Of a DNA stretch of 64,000 nt, positions 35,703-45,019 are shown piece after piece (within the stretch, counting starts at the first letter, position 1; each line of letters begins with the position of its first letter). Source of the DNA: an uncultured bacterium (lineage in GTDB: Bacteria > Patescibacteriota > Saccharimonadia > Saccharimonadales > UBA4665); NCBI GenBank assembly GCA_964236675.1, contig CAXSFI010000001.1:18365-82364 (forward strand), in the 5' to 3' direction. The notes below the pieces were generated by a model. It saw nothing but the letters and a program-made list of their open reading frames with translations. It was not told the DNA's origin and searched no databases. The translations under genes were made by a program, and so were the position numbers.

Positions 35703-35774
35703 GCTTTCGAAGTTGTTGGCCAGGTAGTGACAGCATGGTAGACTAAGATCATAAGCATTATCTAACTGTATAGG

Positions 35775-36788
35775 GTGGGACCAGTGGCAGATCAACAACC
35801 AGATGTTATTAGTATCGGCGATATCGTAACAGATGCCTTCATTAAGCTGCTTGATGACCAGGCGGTGACTTATGAAAACGAGCAGGGCAAGTGGATCGCC
35901 ATGCAGTATGGCACCAAACTGCCGTTTGACCACGTTGAGATCGTGGAAGCCGTCGGCAACGCTGCTAACGCCGCAGTCTGCTTCGCCCGCCTCGGGCTCA
36001 ACAGCGCTTTTGTCACCAATGTTGGTAGTGATGACCATGGCCGTGACATGATCAAAGCCTTGCACGAACAAAAGGTCGACAGCCGATTTGTCCGCATCAA
36101 CCCTGACAAGAAGAGCAATTACCACTACGTGCTGTGGTACAAGGATGAGCGCACCATTCTTATCAAGCACGAAGAGTACGACTATCACTGGCCACACCTC
36201 CGACCAGCTGAGACACCAAAATGGGCTTACTTTAGCTCGATTTCTGAGCATGCTATCCCATACCATGATCAGGTGGCTGACTGGTTGGAGCAAAACCCTG
36301 ACCTCAAATTGGCTTTCCAGCCTGGCACTTTTCAGATGGCGGCCGGGGCTGATCGACTCCACCGCATCTACGAGCGCACCGAAGTTTTGATCCTCAACCG
36401 CGAAGAAGCGACGCTGGTCGGTGGCGGCAACCACGAAGATGTGCACGACCAGTTTAATAAGCTACATGCGCTAGGGCCAAAGATTGTCGTTATCACTGAT
36501 GGTCCAAATGGTGCCTATGCCTCCGATGGTGAGCAACGCTTCCAAATGCCCTTATATCCCGATCCGGCGCCACCGGTAGACCGCACCGGGGCTGGCGACT
36601 CGTTTGCTTCGACCTTTGTGGCGGCGCTGATGAAGGGTAATACTATCGAAGGCGCGCTGCAGTGGGCGCCGATCAATTCCATGAACGTCGTTCAAAAGGT
36701 CGGTGCCCAGGCCGGTCTGCTGACTGAACCGGAGCTTGAGCTATACCTCAAGAATTCACCAGACTGGTACAAGCCGACGCCAATGTAA
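35775..36788 (+). CDS. PfkB-family carbohydrate/nucleoside kinase
   Basis: 337 aa. N-terminal GDIVTD, GNAANAAV, C-terminal DRTGAGDSFASTF anion-hole motif. Confidence 0.85.
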   Translation: MGPVADQQPDVISIGDIVTDAFIKLLDDQAVTYENEQGKWIAMQYGTKLPFDHVEIVEAVGNAANAAVCFARLGLNSAFVTNVGSDDHGRDMIKALHEQKVDSRFVRINPDKKSNYHYVLWYKDERTILIKHEEYDYHWPHLRPAETPKWAYFSSISEHAIPYHDQVADWLEQNPDLKLAFQPGTFQMAAGADRLHRIYERTEVLILNREEATLVGGGNHEDVHDQFNKLHALGPKIVVITDGPNGAYASDGEQRFQMPLYPDPAPPVDRTGAGDSFASTFVAALMKGNTIEGALQWAPINSMNVVQKVGAQAGLLTEPELELYLKNSPDWYKPTPM

Positions 36789-36875
36789 TCATGAGCCTCA
36801 GAAAACTGTTGTTTTTGTGACGCTTATGGTAATCTGTTAGTAGTAGGAAATAACAAAAATAAGAAACAAAAAGTC

Positions 36876-38120
36876 ATGACCCGATTTTTATCAGAATCGC
36901 TCCAGGCGCCAGAACCGATGTTCCGGCTCGGTTTACGTCACCTTGAGCGGGCCAATGGCCACCCTAATACCGACATTCGCATCTCAACCGAAGTCATGCA
37001 AGCCAGCCGCGCCAAGCTGCACGAGCTGGGGCTCGACCGCCGTGACACGACACCCCAGGAGCTCTATCACGCCCTGCAGGCCAGAGTAAAGGCTGATGAT
37101 ATTCGACTGACGCGAACATTGCGGACCTTGGCAGCCACGCATGTTTCCGCCGAAGCTGATGTCAATGACGGTTTGATCCGGGTAGTTCGGCAGGTAGCCA
37201 GTGACAGCACAGTTTATGGGCTGAAAATGAGCGTCCTAAAAACTCTGCTCAAGAAGCAGCCACCCAAAAAGGCCCTCAAGCAGCTCGGCTACCGTTCGCT
37301 CGACTCTATGCTGAAGCATGAATCTGCGCTGCAGATCTTGGCGGCGGCTTGGCTGACCGAAGCCACTGGCTGGCGACAGCGCTTCATGGAGCAATACAAG
37401 CGCCTGCAACCAAGTGACTTCGAAACCCGTAAGCTGATCGTCGACCAACCACGGGCTGATCGCTGGTCACAGCTGACGGCCCAGGCTTTGCGAGACACCA
37501 AGCACACTATCCTTGGTTTCAAAGAGCTGGGCGCACTGGTGATTTTGCCGATTCCGGCGCATGCGCCGAGCGGCAGCGTAACGGCGACGCTGACGCTGGC
37601 CTTGCATGAGATTAACGAAATTCGGGCTGGCAGCAGCTTCCTAAAGCTATGTCAGGTTCGCCCGGACTTCGGTGTCATCGTCCAGACAGTGGCCCTCAGC
37701 GAGCCGCAACTCAGCGCTCATGCCCTTGACCAGGCAGTGCCATGGCACATCATTCAGCGGTTTTACGCTCGGCTGCAGCACCTATTCCGTGAAGAGCTGT
37801 TTGAGCCGCACCTTGAGCTGCAGGATATGGCTTGGCACAGCGTTGAGGAGATTATGGCTAAGTTGGAGCCAAGCTTTGCTATCTGGGAGTCCACCGGCTA
37901 TCTTGGCCTGGTACACGCCGGTCAGGTGGTCTCAATGAATCTGGTCGATGCCGCGCTTAATTATTGTAATAATCTGCCATTTGAGCAGCGTCTACGCCAC
38001 CAATTCCAAAAATCCCTGTGGCACGAGCTGCTAATGCGCTACCTGCAACCAGAGACTGTCGAGCAAGCAGTACTGTCCCAACTACAACCAGCGTACGCAA
38101 CCGAAACTATAATGGCCTGA
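36876..38120 (+). CDS. Hypothetical protein, 414 aa, no recognisable domain
   Basis: Long uninterrupted ORF with composition like neighbouring genes. No motif recognised by eye. Confidence 0.6.
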   Translation: MTRFLSESLQAPEPMFRLGLRHLERANGHPNTDIRISTEVMQASRAKLHELGLDRRDTTPQELYHALQARVKADDIRLTRTLRTLAATHVSAEADVNDGLIRVVRQVASDSTVYGLKMSVLKTLLKKQPPKKALKQLGYRSLDSMLKHESALQILAAAWLTEATGWRQRFMEQYKRLQPSDFETRKLIVDQPRADRWSQLTAQALRDTKHTILGFKELGALVILPIPAHAPSGSVTATLTLALHEINEIRAGSSFLKLCQVRPDFGVIVQTVALSEPQLSAHALDQAVPWHIIQRFYARLQHLFREELFEPHLELQDMAWHSVEEIMAKLEPSFAIWESTGYLGLVHAGQVVSMNLVDAALNYCNNLPFEQRLRHQFQKSLWHELLMRYLQPETVEQAVLSQLQPAYATETIMA

Positions 38121-38142
38121 CCGCCCCGAAAGGAACTAAGCT

Positions 38143-38709
38143 ATGTATCAAATCTGTGTCTCCGGAGCTGCCAAAGGCGATAGTGTCGAAGAAGGCAAGG
38201 AGCTAGCCTACGCGCTTGGTGCAGCTATAGCTCAGGCTGGCCACAGCCTCCTAACTGGTGCTACCATTGGCTTACCGAACTATGCAGCTGAAGGTTATAA
38301 AGCTGCCGGTGGCATAATGAGCATTGGTATCAGCCCGGCCGCCAGCAAGGTCGAACACGTTATGAAATACCGTCTGCCGACGTCTGCCTATGACTGCATC
38401 ATCTATAGTGGGCTGCACTATGTGGGCCGTGACACCCTCCTCATTACCTCTAGCGACGCCGTAGTCAGTATTGGTGGCCGATTGGGCACATTGCATGAGT
38501 TTACCATCGCCATGGAGACCGACACGCCGATTGGCTTTCTGCAGGGCGCCGGCGGCATCTCCGAGGAGATTCAGACGCTGATGAGCTTGGCTCATCCGCT
38601 GCGCGCAGGTGCAATGGTCACTTTCAATGATGATTCAAATCAGTTGATCAAAGAATTAACCGATCATCTTGACATCGAACATAAGAAATATAAGAATTTA
38701 TATCAGTAA
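38143..38709 (+). CDS. TIGR00725 / SLOG (LOG-like Rossmann) family protein
   Basis: 188 aa. ICVSGAAKG, LLTGATIGLPNYAAEGYKAAGG, SSDAVVSIGGRLGTLHEF pattern of the LOG/DprA-like SLOG fold. Confidence 0.7.
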   Translation: MYQICVSGAAKGDSVEEGKELAYALGAAIAQAGHSLLTGATIGLPNYAAEGYKAAGGIMSIGISPAASKVEHVMKYRLPTSAYDCIIYSGLHYVGRDTLLITSSDAVVSIGGRLGTLHEFTIAMETDTPIGFLQGAGGISEEIQTLMSLAHPLRAGAMVTFNDDSNQLIKELTDHLDIEHKKYKNLYQ

Positions 38710-38748
38710 TCCAAAACCAAAACAACCATAAAAACAGGAAACACCAAA

Positions 38749-39139
38749 ATGGAAATGCAAGTAAAAGAAGAAACTGGTTTTAGCGCAGTAGAAATGCTTC
38801 TCTGTCTGATCATCGTCATCATGATCAGCTTCGTCGGTTACTACATCTATAACACCCAAAAAAAGGCCGACGCCACTTATAATGCTGCTAGCAAGTCTGT
38901 TACCACATCTGTAAAAAAGGTTTCGACAAGCCCCGCGCAAAGTCGGTAGCTTTATTGTTACAACCGACAAAACTGAAGCCAGCCAGTATATCTTCAATGA
39001 TACTGCAGGATCGACTAAATACGGTGTCATTATCAGTGCCACCTTAGCCAGCGATCTGACGCTGACTAGTTTAGAACAAAACATAAATATTAGTGATTTC
39101 TTAACATTAGTTAACTCACTTACATTCGAGGCAAAGTAA
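38749..39139 (+). pseudogene. Type IV pilin-like protein (prepilin motif G/FSAVE), disrupted by a +1 frame change
   Basis: Frame 1 (38749-38949) gives MEMQVKEETG|FSAVEMLLCLIIVIMISFVG.. and then stops. Frame +1 is open from 38915 to TAA 39137-39139 and encodes GSFIVTTDKTEASQYIFNDTAGSTKYGVIISA... A6 run at 38913-38918 and A7 run nearby. Confidence 0.55.
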
Positions 39140-39215
39140 ATTTAGAATCGAACAGCTTGCTACGGTTGTTTGATGTATAGTATATTTAAAATAACCTTAA
39201 GTGGAATTTACTCTG

Positions 39216-39782
39216 ATGACTCGTAATCCTAAGTCTAGTACTAATCATTTAGCCAAAAAGGGTAGTGTACTGGCCGTGGCTGTAGTCTTACTTGCACTTG
39301 TTGGCTTCTTCGTTTACCACGCTCAAAAGAAAGATAATAACACCCATAAAGTCGTCAGCAATGCCGCCTCTGTGAAAGCGGTCAAAAAGGCCACGCGGAC
39401 GGTTGCCGCTCCTCCAGCCCCGACTACAGTTAAAGCCAATGATTTTGTGGTGGCGGAGTGGGGCGTCAAGCTAAATTTCCCAGATGCGACTACGGTAACT
39501 TATAAGCTGGCAGCAAGTGATACAAATCAGCTTCACTTTTATTTGCAACCGTCATTGGCTGCAAGTGCCAGGTGTCAGGATCTAGGATTAGGCATAACCC
39601 GTTCAGTAAGTACTGATAAATCAGCAACCGCTAGCGGATCTGTCAAAGTTGGTAGTTACGCTTATGCACTCAGCGGCTCCTATACCAGCTGTGGTGGCAG
39701 TACTATGGTTGAGGAACTACGGTCGCATATGAGCAGTGTTACGCTGCCGGCGGCCTTCAAAGCCATGACTGCTACGCAGTAG
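39216..39782 (+). CDS. Membrane-anchored paralog of the pilin-like gene (lacks Glu+5)
   Basis: VGFFVYHAQKKDNNTHKVVSNAASVKAVKK parallels VGYYIYNTQKKADATYNAASKSVTTSVKK of the preceding gene. Confidence 0.55.
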   Translation: MTRNPKSSTNHLAKKGSVLAVAVVLLALVGFFVYHAQKKDNNTHKVVSNAASVKAVKKATRTVAAPPAPTTVKANDFVVAEWGVKLNFPDATTVTYKLAASDTNQLHFYLQPSLAASARCQDLGLGITRSVSTDKSATASGSVKVGSYAYALSGSYTSCGGSTMVEELRSHMSSVTLPAAFKAMTATQ

Positions 39783-39895
39783 CGCCCGTATGACAAGTGT
39801 ATTAAGCGGAGAAGTGAGCAAGGCACACCATAGTTGACTAGCTGCTATCATGACAGCAACTCTTATATTTTGACAGTTAGTGCTATACTTCAGCT

Positions 39896-40171
39896 ATGAA
39901 AACAACTGCTGCCATTAGACTTACTAAAACACCTGAGGTGGAAAAGGCGCTGAAAGCTGCCCGTAAACTTTACCCAGCTATGGCTGATCCAGAGCTATTG
40001 AAGCTCGGATTGAGCCAGCTGATTACTCGATCGGATGAGGTTGACGAGGAGCTCGCCGAAGTTAATGCCGCGATGACGTTGGCTTTTGGCGAAGAAAATT
40101 TAAATAATCCGGCTGAAGATGCTTGGGTCGCGCAGATTATCGAAGGTCTCGATAAGCGTGCAAGCGAGTAA
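39896..40171 (+). CDS. Putative antitoxin (assignment by position only)
   Basis: 91 aa acidic protein whose 3' end overlaps by 14 nt the GTG (40158) of a MazF-like reading frame. Imperfect palindrome TGCTATCATGACAGCA at 39843-39858 upstream. Confidence 0.4.
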   Translation: MKTTAAIRLTKTPEVEKALKAARKLYPAMADPELLKLGLSQLITRSDEVDEELAEVNAAMTLAFGEENLNNPAEDAWVAQIIEGLDKRASE

Positions 40172-40492
40172 TCGAATTTATAAGATCTATTTGGCTAAAG
40201 TTAGCTTTTGGAGAAATCAGCGTATAAAATACGCCCTGTAATAATGGTGAGTGACGCACATGGCCCACATAAAATTGCTGCGAGCATCCCGTTAACTTCA
40301 CAGGCAAGCACGACTTCCGTCGCTATCGCGGTAAAGGATTACCATCTAGCTAATTTGCATGAGCCTTCGGTTGCCCAGGTCTATCGTATAATGCCTACAC
40401 CTGCCACGTCACTATTGAGATGTGTTGGTGAATTGTCTGAGCGAGATAATGTGGCTGTTACTGGCGGGCTACGGAAGTTACTCAAGTTGTAG
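40158..40492 (+). pseudogene. MazF/PemK-like toxin with a -1 frame break in a T4 run (40206-40209)
   Basis: Frame X from GTG 40158 gives VQASNRIYKIYLAKVSF. ORF 40208-40492 continues with EKSAYKIRPVIMVSD...IPLTSQ...SVAQVYRIMP...GELSERD..V..GLRKLL, the PemK/MazF pattern. Confidence 0.55.
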
Positions 40493-40513
40493 CCGGCTTG
40501 CTACAATAGAGAT

Positions 40514-42490
40514 ATGAGTAAGTTTCAGATCAAGAGTGATTATAAGCCGCTGGGTGACCAGCCGGCGGCTATTGCCCAGTTGACGCAGGGACTGAAGGAT
40601 GGGCTCCATCATCAGACGCTGTTGGGAGTTACCGGCTCCGGTAAGACCTTTAGCATGGCCAATCTGATACAGAATGTACAGAAGCCGACGCTGATACTCA
40701 GCCATAACAAGACGCTGGCGGCCCAGCTGTATGGTGAGTTCAAGAACTTCTTTCCGGATAATGCCGTCCACTACTTCGTATCATATTTTGATTACTACCA
40801 GCCGGAAGCTTACATTGCTCGTTCCGATACCTTTATTGAGAAAGACAGCCAGATCAATGAGGAGATTGACCGGCTGCGCCATGCCGCCACCGATTCGTTG
40901 CTGAGCCGCAAAGACGTCATCATCGTGGCCAGTGTCAGCTGCATCTATGGCATTGGTAGCAAAGAAGACTATGGCGGCATGTCGCTGGATGTGGTGCTGG
41001 GCGAGCAGCGCCAGCGCGACAAGATGTTGCGCCACCTGACCGATATGCAGTACCAGCGCAACGACATTGATTTTCACCGCGGGACATTCAGGGTGCGCGG
41101 TGATGTGGTGGATATTTTCCCGGCCGGTGAGGAGGTAGCTTACCGCTTGGAGTTTTTTGGTGACGAGGTTGAGCGGATTACGAAGATTGACCATCTGACA
41201 GGGGAGATTTTGAAATCCCTGGAGACACTGCGCATCTTTCCTAGCTCGCACTACGTGACGCCCCAGGATAAGCTAAAAGTTGCCCTCAGTAAGATCCAGG
41301 ATGAACTGCAGGAGCGCCTAGCGCAGTTCAAGCTTGACGGCAAACTACTGGAAGCCCAGCGCCTGGAGCAGCGCACCCGCTTCGATCTGGAAATGCTTGA
41401 GGAAACCGGCTTTGTGAAGGGGATTGAGAACTACAGCCGTTACCTGACCCACCGCGAGCCTGGTGAGCAGCCGGCAACACTGCTGGACTATTTCCCGGAT
41501 GACTACCTATTGCTGGTAGACGAGTCGCACATGTCGATCCCCCAGGTCCGTGGCATGTACAACGGCGACCGTTCGCGAAAAGAAGTGTTGGTGGAGCACG
41601 GCTTCCGCCTGCCAAGCGCGCTGGACAATCGACCGCTGACCTTTACGGAGTTTGAGCGCCATATCAACCAAGCGGTCTACGTCAGTGCCACGCCGGCCGA
41701 GTATGAACTGACTCGCTCGCCCGAACCGGCCCGCCAGGTGATTCGCCCGACCGGACTGCTGGACCCGCCTATCGAAGTGCGGCCGGTCGATGGCCAGGTC
41801 GATGATCTGCTGGCTGAAATCCGTGACACCATTGCCAAGCACGAACGGGTGCTGGTGACGACCCTGACCAAACGCATGTCTGAAGACCTGACCGAATATC
41901 TCCAAGAGCTCGGTATCAAAGTCGCTTACCTGCACAGTGACGTCGACACCCTGGACCGTACCGACATTCTGCGCGATCTGCGGCTCGGCGTTTACGACGT
42001 CCTAGTCGGTATTAACCTGCTACGCGAAGGACTCGACCTACCTGAAGTGTCACTGGTGGCGATTTTGGACGCCGATAAAGAAGGCTTCCTTCGTTCCGAG
42101 CAAGCACTGATCCAGACCGTCGGTCGCGCTGCCCGCCACGTCGACGGCCACGTTATCATGTATGCCGACCATATCACGCGTAGTATGCAGGCTACTATCG
42201 ACGAGACTGATAAGCGTCGGATCATCCAAGAGGCCTACAACAAAGAGCACAACATTACACCGACTGGTGCTGGCCGGGCTGTGGCCGATGGCATGCAAGG
42301 TGACGCCAAAGCCGTCAAGGAAGCTAAGGGCCGCAAGCTCAATCTCAATAAGATCCCCAAAGACGAATACAAAGCCCTTATCAAAGACCTGGAAGGCCAA
42401 ATGGCCCTGGCCAGCGCTAATCTCCAGTTCGAGCAAGCCGCCGACCTGCGTGATACCATAGCTGATATCAAGAAGAAGTTAGAAAAATAA
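40514..42490 (+). CDS. uvrB: Excinuclease ABC subunit B
   Basis: 658 aa. [13 protein letters not shown], helicase motifs, and C-terminal UVR domain (FEQAADLRD). Confidence 0.97.
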   Translation: MSKFQIKSDYKPLGDQPAAIAQLTQGLKDGLHHQTLLGVTGSGKTFSMANLIQNVQKPTLILSHNKTLAAQLYGEFKNFFPDNAVHYFVSYFDYYQPEAYIARSDTFIEKDSQINEEIDRLRHAATDSLLSRKDVIIVASVSCIYGIGSKEDYGGMSLDVVLGEQRQRDKMLRHLTDMQYQRNDIDFHRGTFRVRGDVVDIFPAGEEVAYRLEFFGDEVERITKIDHLTGEILKSLETLRIFPSSHYVTPQDKLKVALSKIQDELQERLAQFKLDGKLLEAQRLEQRTRFDLEMLEETGFVKGIENYSRYLTHREPGEQPATLLDYFPDDYLLLVDESHMSIPQVRGMYNGDRSRKEVLVEHGFRLPSALDNRPLTFTEFERHINQAVYVSATPAEYELTRSPEPARQVIRPTGLLDPPIEVRPVDGQVDDLLAEIRDTIAKHERVLVTTLTKRMSEDLTEYLQELGIKVAYLHSDVDTLDRTDILRDLRLGVYDVLVGINLLREGLDLPEVSLVAILDADKEGFLRSEQALIQTVGRAARHVDGHVIMYADHITRSMQATIDETDKRRIIQEAYNKEHNITPTGAGRAVADGMQGDAKAVKEAKGRKLNLNKIPKDEYKALIKDLEGQMALASANLQFEQAADLRDTIADIKKKLEK

Positions 42491-42534
42491 TACGAGAGAT
42501 CCTAACAGAGACTGAATGTTAAAATATATTTTAT

Positions 42535-42825
42535 ATGGCACAAGTTATTGAATATTTGATGGATGAACCGCCTACTAATGAGCTGGCCATGGAACATGCC
42601 ATACAGGCTATTCACGCAGGCGAATTGTTTGAGCTGAGTTTACTGCCAGTAGCGGAAGTGCCCCGCCCATTACCAGTCAAGATGCAAATGCGCATAAGTG
42701 ATACGCATCATGACCAAAATGAGGGCCATCGTTTTAAAGGCTCAAACCATGACAGTGACCGCATATACATAGACACAAGTGTCAATGGCACCCAGCCGGC
42801 CTATGCATGGATTGTTGCAAGATAG
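42535..42825 (+). CDS. Hypothetical protein
   Basis: 96 aa ORF filling the uvrB-gatC gap. No motif recognised. Confidence 0.4.
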   Translation: MAQVIEYLMDEPPTNELAMEHAIQAIHAGELFELSLLPVAEVPRPLPVKMQMRISDTHHDQNEGHRFKGSNHDSDRIYIDTSVNGTQPAYAWIVAR

Positions 42826-42903
42826 TATCAGTTACGATACGAGATCTCAATTTATCTGGTCGTGCGCTGGATTCTGACCAGCTGATCTTCTATACTAAAG
42901 GAA

Positions 42904-43197
42904 ATGGCTGACTTAACTCGGGACGATATTTTAAAATTGGCTAAACTGGCGCGGCTAGATCTGTCTGAAGACGAAATTGCTGAATATGCTGTAGAGCTAA
43001 GTGAAATCTTGCACTATGTGGAGCAATTGCAGAGTATTGACGTCAGCGAACTAGCGCCGACTAATCAAGTTACAGGCCTGACAAATGTGACCCGCAACGA
43101 TAAGATTATGGATTATGGTTACGAGGTTTCTGATCTGTTAAGGAATCTGCCGGCAGTTGAGAATGACCACATCAAAGTCAAACGGATGATCGGCTAA
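42904..43197 (+). CDS. gatC: Asp/Glu-tRNA amidotransferase subunit C
   Basis: 97 aa. ILKLAKLARLDLSEDEI...L..IL.YVEQL pattern. Directly precedes gatA. Confidence 0.9.
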   Translation: MADLTRDDILKLAKLARLDLSEDEIAEYAVELSEILHYVEQLQSIDVSELAPTNQVTGLTNVTRNDKIMDYGYEVSDLLRNLPAVENDHIKVKRMIG

Positions 43198-44612
43198 TGG
43201 CGTCGCAGTGGCTGCCGATTACTGACATTGTTGCCGGAGTGCAGTCCGGTCAGTTGAAAGCTGTTGATCTTGTTGAGCAAGCCCTGGCGGCCATCGAGGA
43301 TAAAAAAGACTTTAATGCCATTATCGCCACCACTGCGGAGCGGGCCCGGGAACGGGCCAAGGCCGTCGATGCGGGCGACAACCAAGGCCGCTTGGCTGGT
43401 GTGCCATTTATAGCTAAAGACAACTTCCTGGTATTTGGAGCCGATACCACGGCGGCCAGCAACATTCTCAAAGGTTTCGCTGCGCCTTACCAGGCTCGAG
43501 CCATTGAAAAGCTGGAAGCCGAAGGCGCCATCTGTGTCGCCAAAGCCAACCTTGATGCCTTTGCCCATGGTTCCTCGACTGAGAATAGTGACTTCTTCAC
43601 CGCCCTCAATCCGCATGATAAAACCCGCGTGCCTGGCGGCAGCTCTGGTGGCTCGGCCGCAGCTGTCATGCTTGACATGGCTCCATTTGCTCTCGGCACC
43701 GATACGGGGGGTTCAATCCGACTGCCCGCCAGTTATTGCGGAGCAGTAGGATATAAGCCGACGTATGGTCTGGTGAGCCGTTCGGGTGTTGTCGCCATGG
43801 CCAGTAGTACCGACGTGATTGGCCCGATAACGCGTACAGTTGCAGACGCCGGACTAGTACTGGATGTGATGGCCGGAAAGGATGATCTAGATAGTACCAC
43901 TATTGACCGCGAAGCGGCAGGTTACGCTGAACTAAATGATCATCAAGCAGTGAAAATTGGTGTTATCAAAGAATACATGGGTGAAGGTCTGGAGGCAGGC
44001 GTGCGTACCCAGATAGAAATGGCCATCGAATCATTGCGGGCTGCTGGTCATGAGGTCGTGGAAGTCAGCCTGCCTAGTCTGCCAGCGGCTTTGGCTGTCT
44101 ATTATATTCTGTGTCCGGCCGAAGTTAGCAGTAACCTGAGCAGATATGATGGCCAGCGCTTCGCCCATGCGTATCCTGATGCTAAAAATCTGGAAGAGAG
44201 CTATAGTAAGGCTCGTTCAACCGGCTTCGGCAAGGAAGCCAAACGGCGGATTATGATTGGCACCTATGTACTTAGCAGTGGCTACTACGATGCTTATTAC
44301 AAAAAAGCTCAGACCGTACGTACGAAGCTTATTAACGAGTTCAGAGAGGCCTTTGAACAAGTCGATTTCTTGGTGGGGCCGACAGCACCGGGTACAGCCT
44401 TTAAGATTGGTGAGAATATTAGTGATCCATTGCAAATGTATTTGGTAGATATCTTGACAGTAGCAGCTAACCTAGTGGGGGTGCCATCCATCAGTGTGCC
44501 GGCTGGACTGAGTGATGGCTTGCCAATAGGTTTACAGATCATGGCGCCGCAGCGCGCCGACCGGGCATTATTACAAATCGCAAAACAAACTGAAAGGTTA
44601 TTAGCAGCATGA
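43197..44612 (+). CDS. gatA: Asp/Glu-tRNA amidotransferase subunit A
   Basis: 471 aa. Amidase signature GGSSGGSAAAV and GTDTGGSIRLPAS. Confidence 0.96.
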   Translation: MASQWLPITDIVAGVQSGQLKAVDLVEQALAAIEDKKDFNAIIATTAERARERAKAVDAGDNQGRLAGVPFIAKDNFLVFGADTTAASNILKGFAAPYQARAIEKLEAEGAICVAKANLDAFAHGSSTENSDFFTALNPHDKTRVPGGSSGGSAAAVMLDMAPFALGTDTGGSIRLPASYCGAVGYKPTYGLVSRSGVVAMASSTDVIGPITRTVADAGLVLDVMAGKDDLDSTTIDREAAGYAELNDHQAVKIGVIKEYMGEGLEAGVRTQIEMAIESLRAAGHEVVEVSLPSLPAALAVYYILCPAEVSSNLSRYDGQRFAHAYPDAKNLEESYSKARSTGFGKEAKRRIMIGTYVLSSGYYDAYYKKAQTVRTKLINEFREAFEQVDFLVGPTAPGTAFKIGENISDPLQMYLVDILTVAANLVGVPSISVPAGLSDGLPIGLQIMAPQRADRALLQIAKQTERLLAA

Positions 44613-45019
44613 GTTCAACAGTTTATATTATTATCATCGCGATTGTGATCTTGGGTGTTATCAGCCTTGGTGAATTCTTCCGCCGCAAGCCCAGCAAGCT
44701 TCAAACCGCTTTCTACACCGAGCGCTGGCGTGAACTGCAAAAGAACTGCGCCGATAAAAAGACCTGGCCGTTAGCGATCATTGATGCTGATAATTTGCTG
44801 GACAAAGCTCTGCGAGCCCGTAAATATAAAGGTAAGACCACTGGCGAACGCTTGGTTTCTGCACAGCATGGTCTAAGCGCTAATGATACTGTCTGGTTTG
44901 GACACAAACTCCGTAACAAAATTGTCCATGAAGACGTTCGCAAGCTCCGCAAGCAGGATGTACTTGAAGCCCTTAACGGCTTTCGCCAAGCACTCAAAGA
45001 CCTTGGAGCTCTTGACTGA
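44609..45019 (+). CDS. Small N-terminally membrane-anchored protein with an Rx4H (HEPN-like) motif, embedded between gatA and gatB
   Basis: 136 aa. TM helix YIIIIAIVILGVISL. C-terminal helical region has WFGHKLRNKIVHE (R-N-K-I-V-H). ATGA overlap with gatA and a 1 nt overlap with gatB. Confidence 0.55.
   Translation: MSSTVYIIIIAIVILGVISLGEFFRRKPSKLQTAFYTERWRELQKNCADKKTWPLAIIDADNLLDKALRARKYKGKTTGERLVSAQHGLSANDTVWFGHKLRNKIVHEDVRKLRKQDVLEALNGFRQALKDLGALD

Noticed and set aside
35565-36446. 293 aa ORF on the minus strand
   Set aside because: It lies entirely antisense to the well-supported PfkB kinase gene (DRTGAGDSF motif on the + strand). The sequence is low in information with no motifs, so it is a shadow ORF.
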